This document shows, in pieces, positions 1-10,666 of a stretch of 64,000 nt of DNA (the first letter of the stretch is position 1; each line of letters begins with the position of its first letter). The notes under the pieces are model-generated. The model was given only the letters and a program-made list of their open reading frames with translations, was not told the origin of the DNA and did no database searches. A program made the translations under genes and the position numbers. The stretch comes from Desulfamplus sp. (GTDB taxonomy: Bacteria; Desulfobacterota; Desulfobacteria; Desulfobacterales; Desulfobacteraceae), in the NCBI GenBank assembly GCA_015231615.1, contig JADGBE010000014.1:3196-67195 (forward strand), read 5' to 3'.

Positions 1-1800
1 AGTGTTGATATGGAGATTGCAAGAGAGTCTCTTTTAAATGGATTAGTGGATATACAGTATGAGAGAAATGATGTTGACTTTCATCGTGGCACATTTAGAG
101 TACGAGGCGACAGAGTTGAGGTATTTCCTGCCTATGAAGATAACAAAGCTCTTAGGATCGATTTTTTTGGAGATGCTATTGAAAGCATATCAGAAATTAA
201 TCCGCTTAAAGGAGATATTATTAATTCCCTTCGTAAAACAGCGATCTTTCCAGCATCTCACTACGTTACAATGCAACAGACAAGAGAGAGGGCAGTAAAA
301 GCTATAAATGAGGAGCTTGCCCTTAGACTTGAGTATTTTTATAAAGAGAACAAACTTCTTGAAGCCCAGAGATTAGAAGAGAAAACCCGCTACGATCTTG
401 AGATGATGAATGAAATTGGCTACTGCACAGGTATTGAAAACTACTCACGACATCTGACAGGCAGAAAGGCGGGCGAGCCTCCACCTACCTTGCTTGACTA
501 TTTTCCTGACGATTTTTTGCTATTTTTTGATGAGAGCCATATTTCAGTGCCTCAAATTGGGGCAATGTATAAGGCGGATCGCTCAAGAAAGACTACCCTT
601 GTAGATTATGGATTCCGCCTTCCCTCGGCAGTTGATAATCGCCCTTTAAAGTTTGAGGAGTTTAAAGAGAAGGTTTCTCAGGTTATTTATGTCTCTGCAA
701 CACCAGCAGACTATGAACTTGAAAAAGCTAAAGAAAATATAGCTGATACTAAGAATGACGAAAGTGTTGCGGAACAGATAGCAACTTTTATTGAGCATAG
801 AGGAAGAGTTGCAGAACAGATAGCAACTTTTATTGAGCATAGGGGAAGAGTTGCCGAACAAATTGTAAGACCTACAGGACTTATTGACCCTGAAATTGAG
901 ATTAGAGACGCAAAACATCAAGTTGATGATCTTTATGAAGAGATTCTAAAACGTGTAGAACCTATTAATTCTCTACCAAATTTTGATAATATAACATCTA
1001 TCAATAATAGAGGTGTTTTAAGCTCATCTGAGATTCAAACGGTTGAATCTGGAAATCATGCAAATAAAAGTGAAAAAACAAGAGTTCTGGTTACTACCCT
1101 TACCAAACGTATGGCAGAAGATTTAACTGACTACTTTTCAACTCTTGGGATTAAAGTTAAATACCTTCACTCTGATATTGGGACAGTTGAACGAATTGAC
1201 ATTATTCAGGATTTACGAAAAGGTATTTTTGATGTGCTTATTGGCATCAATCTTTTAAGAGAAGGGCTTGATATTCCAGAAGTATCTCTTGTTGCTATTT
1301 TAGATGCAGATAAAGAGGGTTTTTTGCGTTCATATCGCTCTTTGATTCAAACATTTGGACGGGCTGCAAGAAATGTTGATGGCAAAGTTATAATGTATGC
1401 TGAAAAAATTACTCCATCTATGAAAAAGGCAATGGAAGAGACTGATCGCAGACGAATTATTCAAAGAGATTATAACCTACAACATGGCATTATTCCGTCA
1501 ACCATTCAAAAAGAGCTAAAGTTGTTCGATTACACAATGGAGAAAAAGATTGAATCTAAGGTTGACTACCATCAAGATATTATCAGAGATGAAGTTCAAG
1601 TGCAGGAGTTATTAAGTTCTTATGACAAAATAGAGTCTAAAGCTAAAGTTATCAAAGAAAATAATAGACCAGAAAAAATAGAGCGGCTTATCAAAACGCT
1701 TGAAAAGGAGATGAAGAAGGCAGCCGCTGATCTTTTGTTTGAAAAAGCGGCTGAACTTAGGGATAAAATCAAAGAGCTAAAAAAAGAAAATTTGCTTTAA
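1..1800 (+). CDS. uvrB: Excinuclease ABC subunit B, 5'-truncated by the window edge
   Basis: Frame is open from base 1. Motifs [32 protein letters not shown] and a C-terminal UVR coil (FEKAAELRD). Confidence 0.97.
   Translation, partial: SVDMEIARESLLNGLVDIQYERNDVDFHRGTFRVRGDRVEVFPAYEDNKALRIDFFGDAIESISEINPLKGDIINSLRKTAIFPASHYVTMQQTRERAVKAINEELALRLEYFYKENKLLEAQRLEEKTRYDLEMMNEIGYCTGIENYSRHLTGRKAGEPPPTLLDYFPDDFLLFFDESHISVPQIGAMYKADRSRKTTLVDYGFRLPSAVDNRPLKFEEFKEKVSQVIYVSATPADYELEKAKENIADTKNDESVAEQIATFIEHRGRVAEQIATFIEHRGRVAEQIVRPTGLIDPEIEIRDAKHQVDDLYEEILKRVEPINSLPNFDNITSINNRGVLSSSEIQTVESGNHANKSEKTRVLVTTLTKRMAEDLTDYFSTLGIKVKYLHSDIGTVERIDIIQDLRKGIFDVLIGINLLREGLDIPEVSLVAILDADKEGFLRSYRSLIQTFGRAARNVDGKVIMYAEKITPSMKKAMEETDRRRIIQRDYNLQHGIIPSTIQKELKLFDYTMEKKIESKVDYHQDIIRDEVQVQELLSSYDKIESKAKVIKENNRPEKIERLIKTLEKEMKKAAADLLFEKAAELRDKIKELKKENLL
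766..861 (+). repeat. 42-bp in-frame tandem repeat in uvrB (about 2.3 copies)
   Basis: gttgcggaacagatagcaacttttattgagcatagaggaaga at 766 and 808, partial copy at 850; encodes [14 protein letters not shown] twice. Confidence 0.95.
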
Positions 1801-1837
1801 ACGAGGCTGTAGCTTTTTAGGGTTTGCTTTTTAGCGT

Positions 1838-2236
1838 CTATTTAATTGAAGTTACAGGACATTTTGCTTTCAATATAACAAACCTTGCTGTTGAGCCAAG
1901 TATCATCTTTTGGGTTCTTGATGTTTTTTTGATTCCTAAAAAAATATGGTCTATTTCGTTCTCTTTTGCGTAAAGGACAATATCTTCCCCTGGCGAAAGG
2001 CCTCTAACACTTTGGTGTGCCAAAAATTTTACACCAGAACTCTCCATTAATTTTTTGGCAAAATTAAGGTCTTTCTCAGCCTGAATAATATCTGATGCTT
2101 TTTCATTTTCTCCGCCTTCCATTGATGTGATAATATGAACAAAAGCGTTTGTAAGCAGGGCATAATCTCTTGCAAGTTTTAAAGCCCGCTCTCCTGACTC
2201 TCCACCATTATATCCAACCATGATTTTCATTATCAA
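1838..2236 (-). CDS. Universal stress protein (UspA family)
   Basis: KIMVGY N-terminus; C-terminal ILGSTARFVILKAKCPV motif. Confidence 0.92.
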   Translation of the reverse strand: MIMKIMVGYNGGESGERALKLARDYALLTNAFVHIITSMEGGENEKASDIIQAEKDLNFAKKLMESSGVKFLAHQSVRGLSPGEDIVLYAKENEIDHIFLGIKKTSRTQKMILGSTARFVILKAKCPVTSIK

Positions 2237-2266
2237 ACCGTCCTTTATCTATAAATTAATGTCGTA

Positions 2267-3628
2267 TTACAACACTATATTCCCAGCAAATTCAGTAGCT
2301 TGAAGCATAATAGAATCAATATCAAGTGTTTTGATTTTTCTATTTTTTAAAACAATCTTCCCATCAATTATCACATCTCTTACATCTGCTCCTGAGACAG
2401 AATAGACAAGATGCGATATTGGGTTATACATAGGGACTAAATGAGGTTTATGGGTATCTAATATAATAATATCAGCTTTTTTCCCAATCTCTATAGAACC
2501 TGTAATATCACCAAGACCAATTGCCTTTGCACCCTCTATTGTTGCCATTCTAACAACTGACAAGACATCTAAAACTCCAAAATCATAACGATGAATTTTA
2601 TGCAGCTTTGCTGCTGTATCCATCTCTGTAAAAAGATCAAGATTGTTGTTACTTGCACTGCCATCTGTTCCAAGACCTGTTGGGATACCAGCACTAATAA
2701 AATCAAAAACAGGGGCAATGCCTGATCCAAGTTTCATATTGCTTTCAGGGTTGTGAGATATTGATGAGCCTCTTTCTCTGATAATCTCAATATCTGGATC
2801 TGTTACCCACACAGCATGGACTATCAATGTATTTTTATCTAAAACATCAAGACTATCAAGATACTCAACAGGTGTTTTTTGATGGAAAAGCCTTATCTGG
2901 TCTTGCTCTGCTTTTGTTTCAGCAACATGAATCTGAAACAAAACACCTATTTCGCGAGCTGCCTGTTTTGCATTCACAATAGTCTCTTTAGAGCAAGTGT
3001 AGGGTGAATGGCAAAATATCGAAGAGGTGATATTTGGGTATCTATTTTTAAATTTTTTGGCATAATTTATAGCGTTTTCAATATTTAAAGATGGATCAAC
3101 AACTCCTGGGGCAGGAAAATCAATTACCCCTTGACCAAGAACCGCCCTCATACCAGATTCGTTTACAGCTTCTGCAACTGACTCTTCATGAAAATAGCCA
3201 TCGCAACAGGTAGTTGTTCCTGAAAGTAGCATCTCGGCACAAGATAACAACGTTCCACACTTAACTGTATCAGGCTTAATATATTTGGCTTCAAGTTTGA
3301 ACATGTAGTCGTTAAGCCATGTTATAAGGGGCATATCTTCAGCAAATCCACGAAAAAGAGACATAGGAAGGTGGGTATGGGTATTTACAAGACCCGGCAT
3401 TATTATTCCATGTTCCGCGTCAATAACACACGCAGCATTAAGCCCTGCCATTTCATCACTATTGCCAATTTTAATTATAGTATCTGCTTTTATTAATACT
3501 GCTCCATTATCAATGATGCTATTTTGAGAATCGACTGTAATAACTCTGCCATTCTTAATCAAAATATCGCCATCAAAATCTCTCTTATCGCTATTTTCTG
3601 AGTTATTCATAAATATAATTCCACCCAT
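2267..3628 (-). CDS. Amidohydrolase, MtaD-like MTA/SAH deaminase family
   Basis: PGLVNTHTH, IHVAE, HNPESN and GTDGSASNN motifs. Confidence 0.88.
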   Translation of the reverse strand: MGGIIFMNNSENSDKRDFDGDILIKNGRVITVDSQNSIIDNGAVLIKADTIIKIGNSDEMAGLNAACVIDAEHGIIMPGLVNTHTHLPMSLFRGFAEDMPLITWLNDYMFKLEAKYIKPDTVKCGTLLSCAEMLLSGTTTCCDGYFHEESVAEAVNESGMRAVLGQGVIDFPAPGVVDPSLNIENAINYAKKFKNRYPNITSSIFCHSPYTCSKETIVNAKQAAREIGVLFQIHVAETKAEQDQIRLFHQKTPVEYLDSLDVLDKNTLIVHAVWVTDPDIEIIRERGSSISHNPESNMKLGSGIAPVFDFISAGIPTGLGTDGSASNNNLDLFTEMDTAAKLHKIHRYDFGVLDVLSVVRMATIEGAKAIGLGDITGSIEIGKKADIIILDTHKPHLVPMYNPISHLVYSVSGADVRDVIIDGKIVLKNRKIKTLDIDSIMLQATEFAGNIVL

Positions 3629-3645
3629 TTTTTTGATTAATTTAA

Positions 3646-4173
3646 TTAATCTAACGATATTTCAATATGAAGCTTTTTTCCAATATTCTCAAGCTCGCGT
3701 TCTACACTCTCTATTGTAACAGAATCTGGAAAAATAACATCAATATTCATAATGTAGAGAGCTGTTCCGCTTTCAGGTGATGGTTTTGTTTGAGATTGTA
3801 GCTTAACAATATTAATACCATTATCTGCAAGGAGCTTACTAACTTTATATACAATGCCTGCTTGATCGATTCCTTCAACAGATACTGTGTGTCTATTACC
3901 ATTAACCTTGTAATCTACGTGGTGAAAATCCAATGGACGTATAAAAACTGAAATCCCTTTCTCTTTCTCAAGTCTTCTGCAGTCTCTATAAATATTCTCT
4001 TCAAGCATTTCACCCTGTCCTGATAAAAGTAAAATCAGTGTGAATTCGTCTGCAAGAAGACCCATCTGAGACTCTTCAAGATTACATCCATTCTCGTAGA
4101 TAATTCCTGAAACATCAGCAACTATACCGGGTCTATCTTTGCCAAAAGCTGTCATTATAAATTTTTTTTCCAT
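3646..4173 (-). CDS. Double ACT-domain protein, GcvR-like
   Basis: Two ACT repeats (GKDRPGIV, GIDQAGIV). Confidence 0.85.
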   Translation of the reverse strand: MEKKFIMTAFGKDRPGIVADVSGIIYENGCNLEESQMGLLADEFTLILLLSGQGEMLEENIYRDCRRLEKEKGISVFIRPLDFHHVDYKVNGNRHTVSVEGIDQAGIVYKVSKLLADNGINIVKLQSQTKPSPESGTALYIMNIDVIFPDSVTIESVERELENIGKKLHIEISLD

Positions 4174-4207
4174 TTTATAATCCTTAAAATTAATGATAAT
4201 TTTCTAC

Positions 4208-4336
4208 TATAGTATTCCAGATAAATAAATTGGCAATTCCTATTGCCCCACCCGTCCCCTTCCCCAATGGGAGGGGATAATATACTCCCTCCTCTTGGGG
4301 AGGCTGGAGGGGCAAGTAATTATCTGGAAAACTATA
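4208..4336. mobile_element. MITE-like repeat family A, complete copy
   Basis: 17-bp terminal inverted repeats tatagtattccagataa / ttatctggaaaactata (16/17) enclose GC-rich CCCC/GGGG palindromes. Homologous to 33644-33767 and 49231-49329. Confidence 0.8.
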
Positions 4337-4342
4337 CTTACA

Positions 4343-4978
4343 CTATAAGTTTTTAAGACCTCTTTTAAATGCCATACCATGAATATCAGCAGCAATATGG
4401 ACAGGACTCTTACCATTTATTGGATCCCAATTTGCGGGGTTGGCACTACAAAAAAATTGAACCTCAAGACCATATCGAATCTTAGCATCTTCAACATCAA
4501 GCCCTTCAATCTTTTTTGCTGCGTCCCAAGTTGCACCACAAGGTGCTCCACGAATAACATCAACTTTCTCAATTTTTCCATCTTTTATCGTCAAATCAAC
4601 TTCAGGAGAGCCAAACAATTTTCCATATTCTCCAAGAGATTCATCGCGTGGAAGCATACAACATGTTAATGGGGTAAATGAATTACCTTGTGTGATTTTT
4701 TTGCCAGAAGCAACTACAGGAATACCTGCCTTTTGACACAATAGCGAAAGATCGGTTGAAAGATCAGGGTGTTTTAGATAATCAAGCACAAGATCAGCAT
4801 CAATTTTTGTCGGAAGATATTGAGACGCATCATCAATAAGATTTGGAAGATTTCCTTCAATATTGATAATTTCAAGAACAAAATGGTTACCGCCAAACCG
4901 TTTAATTCCCGCAATTTTGCTCATTGCAGAGCCATTTTGCTGAAATACCGTTATTTTTTGAATATTATTATGATTCAT
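4343..4978 (-). CDS. DUF166 family protein
   Basis: HPDL, CC, FGSPE and RGAPCGATW motifs. Confidence 0.75.
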   Translation of the reverse strand: MNHNNIQKITVFQQNGSAMSKIAGIKRFGGNHFVLEIINIEGNLPNLIDDASQYLPTKIDADLVLDYLKHPDLSTDLSLLCQKAGIPVVASGKKITQGNSFTPLTCCMLPRDESLGEYGKLFGSPEVDLTIKDGKIEKVDVIRGAPCGATWDAAKKIEGLDVEDAKIRYGLEVQFFCSANPANWDPINGKSPVHIAADIHGMAFKRGLKNL

Positions 4979-4989
4979 AGTTGAAACTC

Positions 4990-5643
4990 TTAAAAACCAA
5001 GGTCTTCATTTATCAGAACAATTTTGACTCTTTTCGCAGGAAGACATTTCTCTGTAATGCTCCATGTATTGCATATTCTGTTTGGTGACTGGCAGTCTTG
5101 GCAAAATCCTGTATGGCTACATGGGGTCTTTTTATCAAGATTCATAGTATTTACAGGTGCTGCATAGTTTTTGATTCTATACATTGCATCGTCAAGATCG
5201 CAGCAGATTTTGTTTCTTCCAACAAGTATAATTACATGGCGAGGTCCAAAAGTTATCCCACCAATTCTATTTCCAATCATGTCAAGGTTTACAAGTTTTC
5301 CATCTTCAGTTATGGCGTTTGTGCCTGTTATAAATAGATCGACAAGAAGAGATTGCCTTCTAAGTTCCATCTGCTCTTCAACTGAGATAGTTTTATCAAA
5401 GGTATTGATAACTTGATAACGCTCATCATCTTTAAGTGCATGAAAAAGACCTGTGCCGATAAAGGTCATTGAACCACCCCATGAGATAGATTTTATTTCA
5501 AGGGAAGGAATAATTTGGTTTAGGACAGTCTCTTTTGCCTCTTGACCATTTTGTGCTATGAAAACCTCAAAATTGTTATCTTCCAACTCTTCTTTAACTT
5601 TTGTTAAACGGTGATTCCAGTAGTTTAGTTCAGGATTCTTCAT
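4990..5643 (-). CDS. LUD-domain (lactate utilization, DUF1121-like) protein
   Basis: GGSMT, NAITEDGKLVNLDMIGNRI and a C-terminal Cys cluster. Confidence 0.85.
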   Translation of the reverse strand: MKNPELNYWNHRLTKVKEELEDNNFEVFIAQNGQEAKETVLNQIIPSLEIKSISWGGSMTFIGTGLFHALKDDERYQVINTFDKTISVEEQMELRRQSLLVDLFITGTNAITEDGKLVNLDMIGNRIGGITFGPRHVIILVGRNKICCDLDDAMYRIKNYAAPVNTMNLDKKTPCSHTGFCQDCQSPNRICNTWSITEKCLPAKRVKIVLINEDLGF

Positions 5644-5908
5644 TTTTAAATTTACCCCTTTTTAAAATTTACGTTCTTAAATTTGCTTTTATTTTATCAT
5701 CATTTGCCTTTAAGTTGACAATTATCTAATTTTGAATTGAACATTTGCATTTTGATTTTTTTGAAGAATTCTTACCTGATATAATTTATAAAATCAACTA
5801 ATCATAATAAAATTCAAACCCTTTTTAGACTCATAAATTTTACATTAAGCACATTTCTGAAAAATCAATTTATTGTCTTAAATTAATTCATTTTTTTAAA
5901 AAAAATTA

Positions 5909-5937
5909 TTGACTAATCCTTTTTTCCTTTTTATAGT
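5909..5937 (+). promoter_or_regulatory. Putative sigma70 promoter for acs-prpE
   Basis: TTGACT-17 bp-TATAGT. Confidence 0.6.
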
Positions 5938-6030
5938 CAAACAAATTTTATGAATCTCCTTCAATTATTATCAATCAATATAAAATATTTTTAACCCAAC
6001 ATTCTAAACCATTGTTATTAGAGCAGATGC

Positions 6031-6099
6031 AGATTCCTACAAAACTTGCATTAACTCCTTGGTTTTACTTAATAAAAAATGGGTTTTGCAGGAGTTCAA
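6031..6099. mobile_element. About 70-bp MITE family B, copy 1
   Basis: Ends ..CCTACAAAAC / GTTTTGCAGGAG..; aligns with copies at 22171, 40463 and 42504. Confidence 0.7.
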
Positions 6100-6318
6100 C
6101 TATAGTTAGGCTCCTTAAAATTATAAACTCAACCTTTATAAAGGAGGTGGTTGCCCTAAAAATTCAAATAATTACGAAATAAATTACAAAAAGTCTTAAA
6201 CCTTTACCCTAATAGTCTTCAATTTTATCTTACGTCCTTTAAAAATTTAAGTTGTTTCAAGAAGTTGTTTCAAACTCCGTAAAAGCTATTTTTTTAACCA
6301 TTAACTTAAGTTACTTAC

Positions 6319-6356
6319 AGATGTAATTTCACACTTAAGATGTAATTTCGTACTTA
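6319..6356 (+). repeat. 19-bp tandem direct repeat upstream of acs
   Basis: agatgtaatttcacactta / agatgtaatttcgtactta. Confidence 0.85.
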
Positions 6357-6372
6357 AAAAAAATAATTAAAA

Positions 6373-8424
6373 ATGCAGGAGAAAAAATCAATGGGCGACA
6401 CAAATGTTTTAGAAACAACCGAGGCACAGATTGCCGTACACTGGCAAGAAGAAGATTACTACTATCCATCATCAAAGTTTATCGGTCAGGCAAACGTAAC
6501 TGACCCTGCCATCTATGAACGTTTCAGCTTAGACAAATTTCCAGACTGCTTTATCGAATATGCAGAGATGCTAACATGGTATAAATATTGGGATAAAGTC
6601 TTGGATACAAGCGATGCCCCTTGCTGGAAATGGTTTAAGGGTGGTAAAATCAATGCCAGCTACAACTGCATTGATCGTCATCTTAAAGATAACAAAAATA
6701 AGACCGCTATTCATTTTGTTCCTGAACTTGAAGAGGAGAGAGTTGACCATATCACCTATCAGGAGCTTTATGTAAGGGTTAATGAATTTGCCGCCGTTCT
6801 TCGCGATTTCGCAGGTCTGAAACGTGGTGATAGAGTAACAATCCACATGCCAATGTCTGCTGAGCTTCCAATTACAATGCTTGCCTGTGCAAGGCTTGGT
6901 GTTATCCACTCTGTTGTATTTGGAGGTTTTTCTGCGAGTGCCTGTGCAGATAGAGTAGTTGACTCACAATCAAGAGTCCTTATCAGCATGGATGCCTACT
7001 ATAGGTCAGGCAAACTTCTGAACCACAAAATCAACGCAGACGAAGCAGTAGCCCTTGCCGCAAAAGATGGTCAAGTTGTTGATAAGGTGCTTGTATGGCA
7101 GCGTTATCCGGGCAAAGCATCATCTGAAACACCTATGGTTGAAGGTCGTGATTATTTTGTCAATGACGTGTTAAAAAAATACTATGGAGCAAGAATTGAG
7201 CCTGAACAGATGCTCTCTGAAGACCCTCTTTTCTTAATGTACACAAGTGGCACAACAGGAAAACCAAAAGGTGCCCAGCATGGCACAGGTGGCTATCTTG
7301 CTTATGTTACTGCAATGTCAAAATATATCCAGGATATTCACCCAACAGATGTCTATTGGTGTATGGCTGATATTGGCTGGATTACAGGACACTCATTTAT
7401 TGTCTATGGACCGCTCGCCCTATGTGCCTCAACCGTAATTTATGAAGGTGTCCCCACCTATCCAGATGCGGGTCGTTCATGGAGAATCGCCCAAAACTTA
7501 GATGTCAATATTTTCCACACAGCCCCCACCGCAATTCGTGCCTTACGAAAAATAGGACCAAATGAACCTGCAAAATACAACTATCACTTTAAACACATGA
7601 CAACTGTTGGTGAACCAATTGAGCCTGTTGTCTGGAAATGGTATGAATCCGCAGTCGGCAAAGGGGAGGCTATCATTGTAGATACTTGGTGGCAGACAGA
7701 AACTGGTGGATTCCTCTGCAGCACTGTTCCTGCTCTTAAACCGATGAAGCCAGGTAGTGCAGGACCTGGTGTTCCGGGGATTCATCCAATTATTTTTGAC
7801 GAAGACGGAGAAGAGATTACTCAACCAGGAATCGCTGGCAATATTTGTATCCAGAATCCGTGGCCTGGTCAGATGCAGACAGTTTGGGGCGATAGAGACA
7901 GATTTGTAAAAACCTATTTTGCAAGATACTGCAAGAATCCAGAAAGCAAGGATTGGAGAGACTGGCCTTATATCGCAGGCGATGCAGCCACAAGGTCAGA
8001 GGATGGTTACTACAGAATTCTTGGACGAATTGACGATGTTATCAATGTATCTGGTCACAGACTTGGCACAAAAGAGATTGAATCTGCTGCCCTTGCTGTG
8101 GAGGAAGTTGCTGAAGCCGCTGTTGTGCCAGTTGCCCATGAGGTTAAAGGTAAAGAGCCAGATCTCTATATTGCCCTGAAACCCGGAATTCAGGCAAGTG
8201 ATGCCCTTGCCCAGAAGATTTCCGATATGGTTTGTCAGAAGATTGGAAAACTTGCCAAACCTCGAAAGGTGTGGATTGTGTCTGATATGCCAAAAACCCG
8301 CTCTGGAAAGATTATGAGAAGAGTTCTTGGAGCTATCTCCAATAAAGGCGATGTTGGAAATGTTATGACACTTGCAAACCCTGAAGTTGTTGAATCCATT
8401 AAAAATCTTGTTGATAAATCGTAA
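6373..8424 (+). CDS. acs: Acetyl-CoA synthetase (start may be 6391)
   Basis: YTSGTTGKPKG, DTWWQTETG and PKTRSGKIMRR motifs. Confidence 0.93.
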   Translation: MQEKKSMGDTNVLETTEAQIAVHWQEEDYYYPSSKFIGQANVTDPAIYERFSLDKFPDCFIEYAEMLTWYKYWDKVLDTSDAPCWKWFKGGKINASYNCIDRHLKDNKNKTAIHFVPELEEERVDHITYQELYVRVNEFAAVLRDFAGLKRGDRVTIHMPMSAELPITMLACARLGVIHSVVFGGFSASACADRVVDSQSRVLISMDAYYRSGKLLNHKINADEAVALAAKDGQVVDKVLVWQRYPGKASSETPMVEGRDYFVNDVLKKYYGARIEPEQMLSEDPLFLMYTSGTTGKPKGAQHGTGGYLAYVTAMSKYIQDIHPTDVYWCMADIGWITGHSFIVYGPLALCASTVIYEGVPTYPDAGRSWRIAQNLDVNIFHTAPTAIRALRKIGPNEPAKYNYHFKHMTTVGEPIEPVVWKWYESAVGKGEAIIVDTWWQTETGGFLCSTVPALKPMKPGSAGPGVPGIHPIIFDEDGEEITQPGIAGNICIQNPWPGQMQTVWGDRDRFVKTYFARYCKNPESKDWRDWPYIAGDAATRSEDGYYRILGRIDDVINVSGHRLGTKEIESAALAVEEVAEAAVVPVAHEVKGKEPDLYIALKPGIQASDALAQKISDMVCQKIGKLAKPRKVWIVSDMPKTRSGKIMRRVLGAISNKGDVGNVMTLANPEVVESIKNLVDKS

Positions 8425-8477
8425 GCTATTCTTAAATTATAATGCAAATGATCATAAATTTAGTTTTTATCAATCCT

Positions 8478-8566
8478 TTAGCCGTGGGGCTAAAGCCCTC
8501 GGCTAAAATAAAAAAGCCCTCTTAAGAGGGCTTGTATTATGTAGCCCAGAGCTTTAGCTCAGGGCG
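8478..8566. repeat. REP-like doublet flanking a central hairpin between acs and prpE
   Basis: ttagccgtggggctaaagccctcggctaa, aagccctcttaagagggctt, and gtagcccagagctttagctcagggc in the opposite orientation. Confidence 0.7.
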
Positions 8567-8629
8567 ATAAAAATTAAAAAATCAAAATAAAATCGTGTAT
8601 CATAATTTAATACAAAAGGACTTAAATTC

Positions 8630-10534
8630 ATGTCAAATTCATATAAAGATGCTTACGAAAAATCGCTAAATGATCCAAATAGCTTTTGGGGTTCTGTTGC
8701 AGAAGATTGCCATTGGTATAAAAAATGGGATAAGGTGCTTGATGATTCCAATAAACCTTTTTACAGGTGGTTCACAGGCGGCGAAATGAACACCTGCTAC
8801 AATGCTCTTGATATTCATGTTGATAAAGGAAATGGCGATAGAACAGCCTTGATTTATGACAGCCCTGTTACAGATACCAAGAAAACCTATACATTTAAAG
8901 AGTTGAGAGATGAGGTTGCAAAATTTGCTGGGGTCTTAAACTCAATGGGTGTGGAAAAAGGCGACAGGGTAATTATCTATATGCCCATGATTCCAGAAGC
9001 TGCAATTGCCATGCTTGGGTGTGCAAGAATAGGAGCTGTTCACTCTGTTGTATTTGGTGGATTTGCTCCAAACGAGCTTGCAACCCGTATTAACGATGCT
9101 AAACCAAAAGTTATTATATCTGCTTCGTGCGGAATTGAAGTTAAAAAGAAAATTCCATATAAACCGCTCCTTGATAAAGCAATTGACCTTTCTGAAAGCA
9201 AACCCAATGCAACAATTATTTTTCAGCGTCCAATGGAGATAGCATCTCTTCAAGATGGCAGAGATTATGATTGGGCAACCTTAATGTCTGATGCAAAGCC
9301 GCACGGTTGCGTTCCTGTCAAGGCAACTGATCCTCTCTATATTCTCTACACCTCTGGAACTACAGGTCAGCCTAAAGGCGTTGTTCGAGATAATGGTGGT
9401 CACCTTGTTGCTTTAAAGTGGAGCATGAAGGCTGTTTATAACATTGATGAGGGTGATGTTTGGTGGGCAGCGTCAGATATTGGCTGGGTTGTTGGACACT
9501 CTTATATTGTCTATGCCCCCCTTTTTAAAGGGGCGACAACTGTGATGTTTGAAGGAAAGCCAGTTGGCACTCCTGATGCTGGAACATTCTGGAGAGTTAT
9601 TTCAGAATATAAAGTTAAATCTATGTTTACGGCTCCAACTGCGTTTCGTGCAATCAAACGCGAAGACCCAGAGGCTAAATTGGTTAAAAATTACGATCTC
9701 TCAAAGTTTGAGATTCTTTTCCTTGCTGGCGAAAGAACTGATCCAGACACTCTTCATTGGTCTGAAAGAAACTTAAATGTTCCAGTAATTGACCATTGGT
9801 GGCAGACAGAAACAGGCTGGGCAATTGCTTCAAACTGCATGGGAATTGAGAGATTTCCTGTAAAGGCTGGCTCTCCAACCAAAGCTGTTCCGGGTTGGAA
9901 TGTTCAGGTTGTTGATGCTGATTGCAACGTTCTTCCAGTAGGACAAATTGGTGCCATTGTTGTCAAGCTCCCGCTTCCTCCCGGAACACTTCCAACTTTG
10001 TGGCAAAATGATGATAGGTATATCAAAGCATATCTTGAAGAGTTCCCAAGTTATTACAAAACTGCTGATGCCGGCTTTATTGACGAAGATGGTTATATCT
10101 ATGTTATGTCGCGAACAGACGATATAATAAATGTTGCTGGGCACAGACTATCAACTGGGGCTATGGAAGAGGTGCTTGCAAATCACCCTGATGTAGCTGA
10201 ATGTGCTGTAATGGGTGTTGAAGATCAACTAAAGGGTCAAGTGCCTCTTGGATTTTTGGTGTTAAACGCTGGTGTTACAAGAGATCATGCTGAAATCGTA
10301 AAAGAGGCTGTTCAGATGGTCAGGGATATGATTGGACCTGTTGCAGCGTTCAAAACTGCCACTATTGTTAAGAGACTTCCAAAAACAAGATCAGGAAAAA
10401 TTCTTAGGGGAACAATGAGAAGTATTGCTGACAAAAAAGAGTATAAAGTTCCAGCAACCATTGATGATCCGCTTATTCTTGAAGAGATTGAAGAGAGTCT
10501 CGGTAAAGTTGGTTATGGTCCAAAGGCAAATTAG
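8630..10534 (+). CDS. prpE: Propionyl-CoA synthetase
   Basis: YTSGTTGQPKGVVRDNGGH, DHWWQTETGW and PKTRSGKILR (PrpE-type). Confidence 0.88.
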   Translation: MSNSYKDAYEKSLNDPNSFWGSVAEDCHWYKKWDKVLDDSNKPFYRWFTGGEMNTCYNALDIHVDKGNGDRTALIYDSPVTDTKKTYTFKELRDEVAKFAGVLNSMGVEKGDRVIIYMPMIPEAAIAMLGCARIGAVHSVVFGGFAPNELATRINDAKPKVIISASCGIEVKKKIPYKPLLDKAIDLSESKPNATIIFQRPMEIASLQDGRDYDWATLMSDAKPHGCVPVKATDPLYILYTSGTTGQPKGVVRDNGGHLVALKWSMKAVYNIDEGDVWWAASDIGWVVGHSYIVYAPLFKGATTVMFEGKPVGTPDAGTFWRVISEYKVKSMFTAPTAFRAIKREDPEAKLVKNYDLSKFEILFLAGERTDPDTLHWSERNLNVPVIDHWWQTETGWAIASNCMGIERFPVKAGSPTKAVPGWNVQVVDADCNVLPVGQIGAIVVKLPLPPGTLPTLWQNDDRYIKAYLEEFPSYYKTADAGFIDEDGYIYVMSRTDDIINVAGHRLSTGAMEEVLANHPDVAECAVMGVEDQLKGQVPLGFLVLNAGVTRDHAEIVKEAVQMVRDMIGPVAAFKTATIVKRLPKTRSGKILRGTMRSIADKKEYKVPATIDDPLILEEIEESLGKVGYGPKAN

Positions 10535-10666
10535 CTCCAAACAAAACAAGTTGCATATAAATAAAAATAAAATTTGACAATTGCTAAAAATTTGTGAAAT
10601 CTATCATTTATCTTTAACAGTTATCACTTATTTTTATAAAATCGAATCTAATCAAGGAGATTAAAA

